From: Myxococcota bacterium
GTDB lineage: Bacteria; Myxococcota; JACRCW01
Assembly: GCA_040752415.1 (NCBI GenBank)
Contig: JBFMGU010000036.1
Location: 1-55,286 of the forward strand
Reading direction: 5' to 3'
Length of the DNA stretch: 55,286 nucleotides
Under the pieces are notes generated by a model that worked only from the letters and a program-made list of their open reading frames with translations, was not told the origin of the DNA and searched no databases. Shown here one piece after another: positions 1 to 10,058 of the stretch. Position numbers and translations under genes: made by a program. Within the stretch, counting starts at the first letter, position 1, and each line of letters opens with the position of its first letter.

Positions 1-181
1 CGCTGGTCGCGGCGCCGGTGTCCCGCTCTGCTTCGGGCGCGGGCTCCCGCGCGGCCATCACGGTCTCCGGGCTGGACTGCGGCTGTGGCGCGGGGGTGGC
101 GCGGTGGAAGGTGCACCCGACGCCAAGCTGGAGGGCGGCCAGCAGGAGGGCGAGGGCGGGGGCGTGGTCAAGGCGGCGCAT
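1..181 (-). CDS. Partial putative lipoprotein (N-terminus only; runs off the window edge)
   Basis: ATG at 181 (minus) preceded by GGAG; MRRLDHAPALALLLAALQLGVGC is signal-peptide/lipobox-like; frame open to position 1. Confidence 0.6.
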   Translation of the reverse strand, partial: MRRLDHAPALALLLAALQLGVGCTFHRATPAPQPQSSPETVMAAREPAPEAERDTGAATS

Positions 182-305
182 GGCGGATCTCCGGTTGATG
201 GCTGTGCCCCTGCCAACGTTCCACCCCGCAGAAAGTTGTGGTGGGGCCCAACCCCGCGCGTTTCTCTGGTATGAGGGTCCCCCCTGTGATGTGAACGGTG
301 GCACC

Positions 306-929
306 GTGACCGAGACCGCTTCCGCCTCCAACGGACAGACCGCAGAAGGCTCCCACGCGCCCCTGGTGGCGCTGCTGGCCATTCCCGCGGTGGCCTACCT
401 GGTGGGCCTGTGGGCCATGCCCCACCCCGCCCCGGTGCAGGCCGCGCGCGCCACCGTGGACCGCACGCGCATGGAAGGGGACGTGATCCTCAAGACCACG
501 CCCACTCCCAAGCTGCTGGTCAACGCCAACTTCAACGACAAGATCACCGTGCTGGGCCTGGACATCCCCGAGGGGAAGGTGGGCGTGGGCACGCGCCTGC
601 CCATGACGTTCTACTACCGCGCGGAGAGCGAGATGCAGGAGGAGTGGAAGGTGTTCCTGCACATCGACTCGCAGTCCGCGCAGTACCGCATCCACGGCGA
701 CCACTTCCCGCCCGAGGGCTACAACACCGACAAGTGGCGCAAGGGTGACGTCGTGGCGGACCGGCACAACCAGTGGATCCCGCTGGATGCGCACAAGGGC
801 ACCTATGACATCTGGCTGGGCTTCTATGACCCCGCCCACGAGGATGACCGGCTCCCGCTCACCACCACTCCCGGCGTGCAGACCGACGGGCAGAACCGGG
901 TGAAGCTGGGCACGCTGGTGGTGGAGTAG
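306..929 (+). CDS. Membrane-anchored hypothetical protein with beta-sandwich-like extracytoplasmic domain
   Basis: GTG at 306 inside ORF 18..929; one TM segment (LVALLAIPAVAYLVGLW); WKVFLHID...GDH.P...W.KGD...Y.IWLGFY pattern; GC3-rich codons. Confidence 0.7.
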   Translation: MTETASASNGQTAEGSHAPLVALLAIPAVAYLVGLWAMPHPAPVQAARATVDRTRMEGDVILKTTPTPKLLVNANFNDKITVLGLDIPEGKVGVGTRLPMTFYYRAESEMQEEWKVFLHIDSQSAQYRIHGDHFPPEGYNTDKWRKGDVVADRHNQWIPLDAHKGTYDIWLGFYDPAHEDDRLPLTTTPGVQTDGQNRVKLGTLVVE

Positions 930-938
930 GTCGTCGTC

Positions 939-1550
939 ATGGCGGTGCGGTTCGTGGCGTTGGACCTGGGCAACGTCCTGTGCGACCTGGACGTGCCAGC
1001 CTACCCGCGCGCGCTTGCCGCGCTGACGCGCCAGAGCGAGGCCGCGGTGGAGGAGGCCACCTTCCACGACGCACTGTGGGAGAAGCTGGAGGACGGCCGG
1101 ATTCTCCCCGAGGAGTTCCGCGGCCGCGTGCTCGCGCGCCTGGGCGGCCACCACGTGCCGCACCCCGAGTTCGACCGCTGCTGGAACCTCATCCCCACCG
1201 CGCGCGCCGGCGCCGACGCGTTGGTCTCGCGGCTGCGTGTGCCCCACGCCATCTGGTCCAACACCGACCCCATCCACACCGCCAGCCTCAAGGGCCAGCT
1301 GCGCGCCATCGGGACGGCGGTGCACCAGCACTTCAGCTTCCTGGCGCGCGCGCGCAAGCCCTCGGAGGCGTACTACCGCGCGGGCCTGGCGGCGCTGGGC
1401 GCCCGTCCCGACGAGGTCCTGTTCATTGATGACCGGGAAGACAACCGGCGGGCGGCGGCCGCGCTGGGGATCCTGGTGGAGGGCGCCTGGACGCTCTCCG
1501 ACGTGGAACGCGCGCTCCACCAGCACGCGCTCCTGCGGGAGGCAGCATGA
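939..1550 (+). CDS. HAD-family hydrolase/phosphatase
   Basis: Motifs LDLGNVL, WSNT, ARKP, FIDDREDN; ATGA overlap with dnaB. Confidence 0.9.
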   Translation: MAVRFVALDLGNVLCDLDVPAYPRALAALTRQSEAAVEEATFHDALWEKLEDGRILPEEFRGRVLARLGGHHVPHPEFDRCWNLIPTARAGADALVSRLRVPHAIWSNTDPIHTASLKGQLRAIGTAVHQHFSFLARARKPSEAYYRAGLAALGARPDEVLFIDDREDNRRAAAALGILVEGAWTLSDVERALHQHALLREAA

Positions 1551-2920
1551 GTGAGTCCCCCAACCTCCCCGTCAAGGCTGACGACGACAAGCTGCAGCGT
1601 CGCCTGCGCACCCCGCCCCAGGCGCTGGACGCGGAGCGCAGCGTGCTGGGCGGCATCCTCATTGACAACCAGGCGCTGGACCGCGCGCTGGAGGAGCTGA
1701 GCCCGGAGGATTTCTACCGGGAAGCGCACCGCGTGATCTTCGAGGCCATGATCGCCCTGGCCGACAAGGGCGAGCCCTCCGACGAGCTCACGGTGGCCGA
1801 GCAGCTGCGCCAGACGGGCATGCTGGAGAAGGCCGGTGGCATTGCCGCCCTGGGGGAGCTGTCCCGCTCCACGCCCACCGCCGCGCACGTCCGCTCCTAC
1901 GCCAAGATCGTCCATGAGCGCGCCACGCTGCGCCGGCTCAACGCGGTGGCCACGGGAATCGTCGAGGCCACCATGCGCGCCGAAGGCGACGTGCAGGAGA
2001 TCATCGACGAGGCCGAGCGCACGGTCTTCGAAGTCACCGACGACAAGAAGCGCAAGGAGTATGAGCCCATCAAGGAGGTGCTGGTCCGCGCGTTCGCCAA
2101 GCTGGAGGCGGCGGCCAACCGCGGCGAGGCCATCACTGGTGTGCCCACCGGCTTCGAGAAGCTGGATCACATGACCGCGGGCCTGCAGCCCTCCGACCTG
2201 ATCATCGTGGCCGGCCGCCCCGCCATGGGGAAGACCGCCTTCACGCTCAACATCGCCTCCAACGCCGCGCTGCGCGCCAAGGTGCCGGTGGTGGTGTTCA
2301 GCCTGGAAATGAGCAGCGAGCAGCTGGCCAACCGTATGCTGGGCGCGGAAGCCAAGGTGGGGCTGGGGAACCTGCGCAACGGTCGCATTGCGCAGCCGGA
2401 CTGGCTGGCGCTGTCCATGGCGGCCGGTCGCATCAGCGAGGCACCCCTCTTCATCGACGACAGCGGCATCCTCACCGTGTTCGACGTGCGCGCGAAGTGT
2501 CGGCGCATCAAGCGTGAGCACGGCCTGGGCCTGGTGATCATCGACTACCTGCAGTTGATGCAGGGGCGTGCGGGCGTGGACAACCGCGCGCAGGAGATCA
2601 GCGAGATCAGCCGTGGCCTCAAGGCGCTGGCGCGTGAGCTGGACGTGCCGATCATGGCGCTCAGCCAGTTGAACCGCTCCCTGGAGAGCCGCACCGACAA
2701 GCGCCCCATGATGAGCGACCTGCGCGAGTCCGGCGCCATCGAGCAGGACGCCGACGTCATCGCGTTCCTCTACCGCGACGAGTACTACAACAAGGACAGC
2801 CCGGAGAAAGGCACCGCCGAGGTGATCATCGGCAAGCAGCGTAACGGACCCACCGGCACCGTGAAGCTGGCCTTCCTCCCGCACCTCACGCGCTTCGAGA
2901 ACCTGGCGGAAGACGCCTGA
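1547..2920 (+). CDS. dnaB: Replicative DNA helicase DnaB
   Basis: AGRPAMGKT Walker A, FSLEMS, IIDYLQLM, LSQLNRSLE, SDLRESGAIEQDAD, KQRNGPTG. Confidence 0.99.
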   Translation: MSESPNLPVKADDDKLQRRLRTPPQALDAERSVLGGILIDNQALDRALEELSPEDFYREAHRVIFEAMIALADKGEPSDELTVAEQLRQTGMLEKAGGIAALGELSRSTPTAAHVRSYAKIVHERATLRRLNAVATGIVEATMRAEGDVQEIIDEAERTVFEVTDDKKRKEYEPIKEVLVRAFAKLEAAANRGEAITGVPTGFEKLDHMTAGLQPSDLIIVAGRPAMGKTAFTLNIASNAALRAKVPVVVFSLEMSSEQLANRMLGAEAKVGLGNLRNGRIAQPDWLALSMAAGRISEAPLFIDDSGILTVFDVRAKCRRIKREHGLGLVIIDYLQLMQGRAGVDNRAQEISEISRGLKALARELDVPIMALSQLNRSLESRTDKRPMMSDLRESGAIEQDADVIAFLYRDEYYNKDSPEKGTAEVIIGKQRNGPTGTVKLAFLPHLTRFENLAEDA

Positions 2921-3181
2921 TGCAACCGTTGCGTGTGACGCTCCGCGCGGCCTGATCCCGCCGGAATGTGCGCGTGCCAGCGCCACTTGCGCTCCAACGC
3001 ACTGCGCCAAGGGAACGATGGCAGCGTGACTGCCGATACAGACGTCGTGGCAGAGGCTGTTCAAGTATCGGTCGGTCAGCCGATGGGATCAGGTTTGACT
3101 ACCCAGTTGCCGACGGGAACTCTACGGGTCCTCAAGGAAATGGTCTCACCTTGTCCTACACGGTGAGCCACAGCGGGAGCG

Positions 3182-5005
3182 GTGATGAAGCGTTCGGTGG
3201 CGTCTTGGCTGATGGCCGTGGGGACGGTGGGGTTGCTGTTGGTGACCAGCGGCTGCGGTGACTCGTCGGCGGGCGGCTGCACCAGCGACCAGGACTGCCC
3301 GGCCAAGGAGCTGTGCGTCAGCGGTGAGTGCGTGGCGCGCAGCGGCGGCTCGTCGGGCGGCGTGGGGGTCTCCTGCACCACCGACGACGAGTGCGCGCCC
3401 ACCCAGATGTGCGACCAGACGGCGCACGAGTGCGTGGACCGCGGCGGCGGCACCGGGTGCAACGCCACCACCGAGTGCCCCGACGACCAGTTCTGCAACG
3501 TGCAGACGCACACCTGCTCTCCGCTGGCGCCGGGCTTCTGTCGCAAGCAGAGCCAGTGCAGCGCGGACAAGCCCAAGTGCAACGCGCCGGCGAACGGCGT
3601 GGGCCGCTGCGTGCAGTGCCAGAGCGCCACGGACTGCGAGGCCGGCCAGACCTGCACCACCAATGGCCAGTGCCAGGGCACCAGCGCCTGCAACGACGCG
3701 GACCGCATTGCCTGCGAGAACCAGAACCGCACCTGGAACCCCAGCACCTGCTACTGCGAGAGCCCCAGCAGCACGAGCTCCACCGGCGGCACCTCCTCCA
3801 CCTCCGGCGGCAACAACAGTGGCAGCGCGTCCTCCACCAGCGGCGGCGGCAGCACCAGCGGTGGCGCCTCCAGCGGCGGCGGTTGCAGCACCACGGCGCG
3901 CCAGCAGTGCCTCTCCGCCGGCGGAAGCTGGGACGCGGTGACCTGTTCCTGCTCCGCGGGGACGGGCAGCACCGGCTCCAGCGGCGGTGGCAGCTGCAAC
4001 CCCAGCCAGGATGAGATCGACGCGTGCGAGCAGCAGGGCGGCCAGGTGGATTACACGCAGTGCTCCTGCGTCCCCGTCGGTGGCGGGGGCAGCGGCGGCA
4101 CGGGCTGCGACTTCCTGAGCCTGATGATCCTGCTGTTCATTTGCGAGGACATCGACTTCGCGGCGTGTACCTGCGGCCCGGGCTCTGGCGGTAGCTCCGG
4201 CGGCAGCAGCAGCGGCGGCACGGGCTGTGACACCTGCCAGTACGCCAACGACGGCGTGTGCGACGACGGCTCCGACGGCAACACGCCCTACTGCGACGTT
4301 GGCACCGACTGCACCGACTGCGGCGGCGGTGGTGGCAGCACCTCCAGCAGCGGCGGCACCAGCAGTGGTGGCGCGCCCGCGGGTTGGACCTGCAACCCCA
4401 ACTACTACGGCGTCAGCGACGGGTGTGATTGCGGCTGCGGCGTGGCGGACCCGGACTGTGGCGGCGCCGGTTGCACCGCTCCGGGCTGCACCACCGCGAG
4501 CTGCGAGTACTGCTACGACGCCTCCGGCGCGTCCATGGAGTGCACGGGCGGTGGTGGCACCAGCAGCTCGTCGGGTGGTGGGACCTCCTCTTCCTCCGGC
4601 GGCACCTCCTCGTCGGGGGGCGGCGGCGCGGCTCCGGGCGAGATCGGTGGCGCCTGCGGCAGCGACGCCGACTGCACCGAGCTCAGCCCCGACTACTGGC
4701 ACGGTTGCGTGGGCCCCGCGGCCGACGGCTCCTGGGCGGGCGGCTACTGCTCCTCCGACTGCCTGAGCGACGCCGACTGTGGCGCCGGGAACTTCTGCCT
4801 GCAGCTCAGCGACCTGAACTACTGCATGGACGGCTGCAACCCGGTGGCGGGCCCGGCGGACTGCCGCACCGGCTACGCGTGCTGGCCGGTCACCGACGCC
4901 AACGGCACCGTGGTGGGCGGCGTGTGCTACCCGGCCTGCCAGGATGACAGCGCCTGCAACACCGGGTTCACCTGCAACACCAGCACGGGCGTCTGCGAGC
5001 AGTAA
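3182..5005 (+). CDS. Cys-rich, Ser/Gly-linker surface lipoprotein
   Basis: GGAG RBS; signal peptide with lipobox VTSGC; many Cys-rich modules separated by poly-S/G/T linkers. Confidence 0.85.
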   Translation: MMKRSVASWLMAVGTVGLLLVTSGCGDSSAGGCTSDQDCPAKELCVSGECVARSGGSSGGVGVSCTTDDECAPTQMCDQTAHECVDRGGGTGCNATTECPDDQFCNVQTHTCSPLAPGFCRKQSQCSADKPKCNAPANGVGRCVQCQSATDCEAGQTCTTNGQCQGTSACNDADRIACENQNRTWNPSTCYCESPSSTSSTGGTSSTSGGNNSGSASSTSGGGSTSGGASSGGGCSTTARQQCLSAGGSWDAVTCSCSAGTGSTGSSGGGSCNPSQDEIDACEQQGGQVDYTQCSCVPVGGGGSGGTGCDFLSLMILLFICEDIDFAACTCGPGSGGSSGGSSSGGTGCDTCQYANDGVCDDGSDGNTPYCDVGTDCTDCGGGGGSTSSSGGTSSGGAPAGWTCNPNYYGVSDGCDCGCGVADPDCGGAGCTAPGCTTASCEYCYDASGASMECTGGGGTSSSSGGGTSSSSGGTSSSGGGGAAPGEIGGACGSDADCTELSPDYWHGCVGPAADGSWAGGYCSSDCLSDADCGAGNFCLQLSDLNYCMDGCNPVAGPADCRTGYACWPVTDANGTVVGGVCYPACQDDSACNTGFTCNTSTGVCEQ

Positions 5006-5016
5006 CCCGCGTCCCG

Positions 5017-6741
5017 TTGATGTCCTGTCTCCGTCGTGGTCGGGGTACCGCGCTGACGCTGGCCGTGTGGGCCGGCGTGGTGCTCTGGGCCTGCACACCC
5101 GGTGGTGACCGCAACCGCGGAGGGAGCAGCTCGTCGGGGTCGGGCGGGGCGGCTTCCGCTTCGTCGTCCTCCTCCTCGGGATGCGTGGGGGACTGCGGCT
5201 CCGACGCCGGCGTTCCTCCCACCGACGCGGGGACCAACCTCCCCGACGCCTCCTCCGGGGACGCCTCCGTGCGCGAGGATGCCGGTCCGCCGTGCCCGGA
5301 ATGTGAGTTCCAGGAGAACACCCCGGCGCGCTGCTCCGACGGCGTGGACAACGATTCCGACAGCTACATCGACTGTCGCGACTTCGAGTGCGACAACGTC
5401 AGCCCGTGCGACATCCCGGAGAACACCACCGCCGCGTGTACCGACGGGTTCGACAACGACGGCGACGGGTACCGGGACTGCCGGGACTTTGACTGCGACA
5501 ACGCGGCCCCGTGCAACGTCCCCGAGGACGCCGCGCAGGCCTGCAGCGACGGCTACGACAACGACGGCGACGGCTACACCGATTGCGCGGACTTCGGCTG
5601 CGGCGGGCTGAGCGTGTGCGTGCCCCAGGAGGACAACGCCACCGCGTGTCGCGACGCCGCGGACAATGACAGCGACGGGCAGACCGACTGCAACGACGAT
5701 CAATGCGCCGCGCTGAGCGTGTGCAGCACCGTGGAGTCCAACGCGGCCAGTTGCGCGGACCTCGTCGACAATGACAGCGACGGGCAGACCGACTGCAGCG
5801 ACAGCGACTGCACCAACGTGGCCAGCTGCAACGTCACCACCGTGCGCGTGGTCACCTACAACGTCCAGTCGCTGGGGGAGCCGGGCGGCACGCAGTGGAA
5901 CGCCGCGCAGGCGCAGCTGCGGCGCGTGGACGCCGACGTGGTGACGCTGCAGGAGGTGGAGGCCGTGGAGGCGGCGGCGCTGCAGACCTTTGCCGCCCAG
6001 CTGGGCTACCCGCACGTGTTCCAGGGACAGATCTCCACCGCCATGGCCGGCGGGCTCACCAACGCGGTGCTCTCCCGGCTGCCGCTGGAGGACTCCCGCT
6101 CCCGTTCCTCCGACGACATCTCCCCGGACTCCAATGCCAACGAGACGGGACGGGACATCGTGGTGACGCGGGTGGTGGTGCAGCCGGGGCGGGCCTACCT
6201 GGGCGTGTTCACCATGCATTTCAAGAGCGGCTTCGAGGATGCGGACTACGTGCGTCGGCAGGTGGAGGCCATCCGGTTGCGCGACGCGGTGGGCCAGTAC
6301 TCCGCGCAGCATCCCGGCGACGCGGTGGTGGTGACCGGCGACTTCAACGAGGAGATCAACGAGAGCACGCTGGGCCGCGTCTACAGCCAGGCGCCGGCGG
6401 GCATGCCGCTCTCCTATCAGCTCGGCAGCGACCTCTCCTATCCCCTGACCTACCAGCCCTTCACCACCCTCACCGCCACCGGCCTGTCCGTCACCGACCC
6501 CACGCACGAGGACAGCAACAACCACGCCACGCGCATCCCCTCCAACCGGCGCATTGACTACCTGCTCTACCGCGGCGCGGAGCTGGTGGGGGATGAGGTG
6601 TACAACCCGTGTCGCGACAACGGCGTGGACGACGACCCCAGCGGCCAGTGGCTCCCCAAGACCGGGCCGGTCCCCGCGTGCGGCTCGGAGTCCGACGCCA
6701 GCGACCACCGCCCGGTGTTTGCTGAGTTTCGTTTTCCTTAG
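5017..6741 (+). CDS. Endonuclease/exonuclease/phosphatase (EEP) family lipoprotein with five Cys/Asp repeats
   Basis: Lipobox LWAC; five 35-aa CxDxxDNDxDxxxDCxDxxC repeats; EEP motifs TYNV, LQEV, GDFN, RIDY, SDH. Confidence 0.9.
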   Translation: MMSCLRRGRGTALTLAVWAGVVLWACTPGGDRNRGGSSSSGSGGAASASSSSSSGCVGDCGSDAGVPPTDAGTNLPDASSGDASVREDAGPPCPECEFQENTPARCSDGVDNDSDSYIDCRDFECDNVSPCDIPENTTAACTDGFDNDGDGYRDCRDFDCDNAAPCNVPEDAAQACSDGYDNDGDGYTDCADFGCGGLSVCVPQEDNATACRDAADNDSDGQTDCNDDQCAALSVCSTVESNAASCADLVDNDSDGQTDCSDSDCTNVASCNVTTVRVVTYNVQSLGEPGGTQWNAAQAQLRRVDADVVTLQEVEAVEAAALQTFAAQLGYPHVFQGQISTAMAGGLTNAVLSRLPLEDSRSRSSDDISPDSNANETGRDIVVTRVVVQPGRAYLGVFTMHFKSGFEDADYVRRQVEAIRLRDAVGQYSAQHPGDAVVVTGDFNEEINESTLGRVYSQAPAGMPLSYQLGSDLSYPLTYQPFTTLTATGLSVTDPTHEDSNNHATRIPSNRRIDYLLYRGAELVGDEVYNPCRDNGVDDDPSGQWLPKTGPVPACGSESDASDHRPVFAEFRFP

Positions 6742-6747
6742 CTGGAC

Positions 6748-7005
6748 TTAGTGCGCGTCTTCCCGGTGGGCGGGAGACTGCGGGTTCTCGCCGTGCGCCA
6801 GCTTGTGCGCGTGCTGCACCATCTCCGCCAGGTAGGTGGCCACCGCGCAGAAGTCCACCGCGGGCTTCTGCGTGGCAACGTGCACGGCCCGGTGGATGAA
6901 CGCGCGCGCCAGGTCCCAGCGCACCCCGGGCTCCGCGCCGAACTCCCGCATCAGCTGTTGCTCCAGCGCCTGGATCCGCTTCTCCATCTCGTCGCGCGTA
7001 GCCAT
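6748..7005 (-). CDS. Small hypothetical protein (85 aa)
   Basis: ATG at 7005 (MATRDEMEKRIQALEQQL...); coding-like codon usage; convergent with the EEP gene. Confidence 0.65.
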   Translation of the reverse strand: MATRDEMEKRIQALEQQLMREFGAEPGVRWDLARAFIHRAVHVATQKPAVDFCAVATYLAEMVQHAHKLAHGENPQSPAHREDAH

Positions 7006-7178
7006 GGGCGGCAGCAGACCACGGCGCGCGCCACAGGCCAAGCCGGTCCGGGCCACGACGGGGGAAGTCCTGCGGACCCGCAGGTGGAACGGTACCACCG
7101 CGGGGTCAGAACCCCCGGAGGCCAGAGCGGTCCGCCAGCCCGCGACGGGAGCGGTGGCCGTGGCGTGACACCCCGACC

Positions 7179-9590
7179 ATGGAGCGCATCCAGCAGCAAC
7201 GGCTCGCAGAACAGGCACCGCATCCCCCGGGAGTCGGCGCCTCGCCGTGGGCCAACATGATCTGCAAGGCCGCCGTGGCCATCACCCAGGCCGCGAACGA
7301 GGACGAAGCGGCCAACTCGTGTCTGCGCGCGGTGTGTCGGGGCTCAGGCTGGTCCGCCGGCCACCTGGTGATCTTCCCGGGCGCGGGGGGCAACCACGCC
7401 AGCCACCACTTCCATCCCGCGGAGGCCGCGGAGCTTGCGCCACTGCGTCAGCAGCTCACCACGTCGGGGGCCACCTGGCAGGACGACCTCAGCGTGGCCC
7501 CGGTGTGGCGCAAGGACGACGGCGCCGCGTTGCCTCCCGCCGCGCGCCAGGTGGGATTGCACGGCGTGCTGCGCATCCCGCTGGTCAAGGACACACAGAG
7601 CCTGGGCGTGATGGAGCTGTTCCGCGCCGAGGACGCCGCCCCCGACGAGCCGCTCCTCTCCGCCGTCACGGAGGTGGCCCGCCTCATGACCGCGGCCCTG
7701 GCGCGTGCCCGCATCACCCGCGAGCTCTCCGAGCGTGAAGCGCGCGAGGCCGCGCTGGTGCAGAGCGTGCAGGACCACGCGCTGGTGATGCTGGACGCCG
7801 CGGGACTGGTGGTGGGCTGGAATGCCGGCGCGGAGCGGCTCAGCGGCGCTCCCACCCACCAGGCCCTGGGGAAGCCCATCCTGGAGCTGTTCCGCCCCGC
7901 CGACGGGCGCGAGGCGCTGGCGGAGCTGGTGCGTCGTGAGGAGGGGCGGTGGGATGGTCGACTGCTGCGCCGCGACGGCACCACGTGGTGGGCGCGCATG
8001 GTGCTCTCACCCATGCATGACGGGGACGGCCGCCGCTACGGCACCTCCCTGCTGGTGCAGGACCTCACGGAGCAACGTCGACTGGAGGACGCGCTGGCCG
8101 CGAGCGAGACGCGTTTCCGTCTGCTGGTGGAGGGCGTGAAGGACTACGCCCTCATCACGTTGGACATGAATGGCCGCATCACCAGCTGGAACCTGGGTGC
8201 GGAGCGCCTGCACGGCCATTCCGCCCGGCAGGTCCTGGGAACGCCCGCGGAGCGCCTCCACGGCGAGGAGGACCGGCAGAAGGGGCGGCCCGGGGAGCTG
8301 CTGCGCGAGGCGGAGCGCACGGGCCGTGCGGAGGGGGAGGGCTGGCGCGTGCGCGCCGACGGCAGCCGCTTCTGGGCCCACGTGGTCCTCACCGCGCTCC
8401 GCGACGCGGCGGGCGCCCCCGTGGGCTACTCCATGTTGTGCCTGGACATGACGGAGCGGCGCCGCATGGAGGAGATCATCCTCGAGAGCGAGGCCCGGTT
8501 CCGCAGCCTGGTGGAGAGCGCGGAGGGCTACGCGATCTTCATGCTGGACGCCGACGGGCGCATCCAGAGCTGGAACAGCGGCGCCGAGAGGAACCACGGC
8601 TACACCGCCGCCGAGGTGAAGGGACAGCCGCTGGGCATCCTGTATCCGCGCGGTGAGGACGGGACGGACCCGGCGGCCGCGGCCCTGGCCCGCGCGCGCG
8701 CCGAGGGGCGCCACGAGGAGGAAGGCCTGCGCCTCCGCAAGAACGGGCAGCCCTTCTATGCCAGCGTGGTCATCAGCGCCGTGCACGACGAGGAGGGCAA
8801 GCTGCGCGGCTTCAGCTACGTGGCGCGCGACATCACCGAGCGCAAACAGAGCGAAGAGCGGCTGCGCAAGCTGGCCGAGACGCTGGAGAAGCGCGTGGCC
8901 GAGCGCACCACGCAGCTGGAGGACATCAACCGCGAGCTGGAGGCCTTCAGCTATTCCGTCAGCCATGACCTGCGCGCGCCGCTGCGCTCCATTGACGGCT
9001 TTGGCCAGGCGCTGCTGGAGGACTACGCCGACAAGCTGGACGAGCAGGGCAAGCACTACCTGCAGCGCATGCGTGCGGCCAGCCAGCGCATGGGCGAGCT
9101 CATCGATGACCTGCTGCGCCTCAGCCGCCTCACCCGCAGCGAGCTCCAGCGCCAGCGCGTGGACCTGTCCGTGATGGCGCAGTCCATTGCCGCCGAGCTG
9201 CAGCGACGGGAGCCGTGGCGCGACGTGCGCTTCATCATCGAGGAGAACCTGTGCACCTGGGGCGACCCGCGGCTGCTGCGCGTGGCGCTGGAGAACCTGT
9301 TCTCCAACTCGTGGAAGTTCACGGCCAAGCACGCGCATTCCACCATTGAATTCGGAACCACGGACTATGACGGCGTGCCCTGCTACTTCGTCCGTGACGA
9401 CGGCGCGGGCTTTGACATGGCCCACGCGAGCAAGCTGTTCGGCGCGTTCCAGCGGCTGCACTCCCCCAGCGAGTTCGAGGGCACGGGCATCGGCCTGGCG
9501 ACGGTGCAGCGCATCATCCGGCGGCACGGCGGTCGGATCTGGGCGGAAGGTGCGGTGGAGCAGGGCGCAACCTTCTACTTCACTCTGTAG
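7179..9590 (+). CDS. GAF + 3xPAS sensor histidine kinase (Cph1-like transmitter)
   Basis: PAS motifs WNAGAERL, WNLGAERL, WNSGAERN; H-box FSYSVSHDLRAPLR; N-box NLFSNSWKF; DDGAGF; FQRLH...GTGIGLA. Confidence 0.95.
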   Translation: MERIQQQRLAEQAPHPPGVGASPWANMICKAAVAITQAANEDEAANSCLRAVCRGSGWSAGHLVIFPGAGGNHASHHFHPAEAAELAPLRQQLTTSGATWQDDLSVAPVWRKDDGAALPPAARQVGLHGVLRIPLVKDTQSLGVMELFRAEDAAPDEPLLSAVTEVARLMTAALARARITRELSEREAREAALVQSVQDHALVMLDAAGLVVGWNAGAERLSGAPTHQALGKPILELFRPADGREALAELVRREEGRWDGRLLRRDGTTWWARMVLSPMHDGDGRRYGTSLLVQDLTEQRRLEDALAASETRFRLLVEGVKDYALITLDMNGRITSWNLGAERLHGHSARQVLGTPAERLHGEEDRQKGRPGELLREAERTGRAEGEGWRVRADGSRFWAHVVLTALRDAAGAPVGYSMLCLDMTERRRMEEIILESEARFRSLVESAEGYAIFMLDADGRIQSWNSGAERNHGYTAAEVKGQPLGILYPRGEDGTDPAAAALARARAEGRHEEEGLRLRKNGQPFYASVVISAVHDEEGKLRGFSYVARDITERKQSEERLRKLAETLEKRVAERTTQLEDINRELEAFSYSVSHDLRAPLRSIDGFGQALLEDYADKLDEQGKHYLQRMRAASQRMGELIDDLLRLSRLTRSELQRQRVDLSVMAQSIAAELQRREPWRDVRFIIEENLCTWGDPRLLRVALENLFSNSWKFTAKHAHSTIEFGTTDYDGVPCYFVRDDGAGFDMAHASKLFGAFQRLHSPSEFEGTGIGLATVQRIIRRHGGRIWAEGAVEQGATFYFTL

Positions 9591-9602
9591 AGGGCGTGGC
9601 GC

Positions 9603-10058
9603 ATGACGGAGAGGCTCATCCTGCTGGTGGAAGACAACGCGGACGACGAGATGCTGGCCCTGCGTGCGCTGGCCAAGAGCCCCGTGCAGAACCGCGTGGT
9701 GGTGGTGCGCGACGGGCAGGAGGCGCTGGACTGGCTGCACTGCGTGGGCGTGCACGCCGGCAGGTCTCCGCTGGAGATCCCGCACGTGGTCCTGCTGGAC
9801 CTCAAGCTGCCCAAGGTGGATGGGATCGAGGTGTTGCGTCGCGTGCGGGCGCATCCGCAGACACGTTTGCTGCCGGTGGTGATCCTCACCTCGTCCAATG
9901 AGGAGTGCGACGTGATGGGCGCCTACAGCCTGGGGGCCAACAGCTACATCCGCAAGCCCGTGGACTTCACGCAGTTCACGGAAGCCGTGCGCAACCTTGG
10001 GCTGTACTGGCTGCAGTGGAACCAGCCGCCGCCCGTCACGCCAGGAGCCATTCCATGA
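9603..10058 (+). CDS. Single-domain response regulator (Rcp-like)
   Basis: LLVEDN, LLDLKLPKVDG, ILTSS, GANSYIRKPVDF. Confidence 0.95.
   Translation: MTERLILLVEDNADDEMLALRALAKSPVQNRVVVVRDGQEALDWLHCVGVHAGRSPLEIPHVVLLDLKLPKVDGIEVLRRVRAHPQTRLLPVVILTSSNEECDVMGAYSLGANSYIRKPVDFTQFTEAVRNLGLYWLQWNQPPPVTPGAIP

Noticed and set aside
1547..2920. Intein in DnaB
   Set aside because: Length of 457 aa and contiguous motifs leave no room for an insertion
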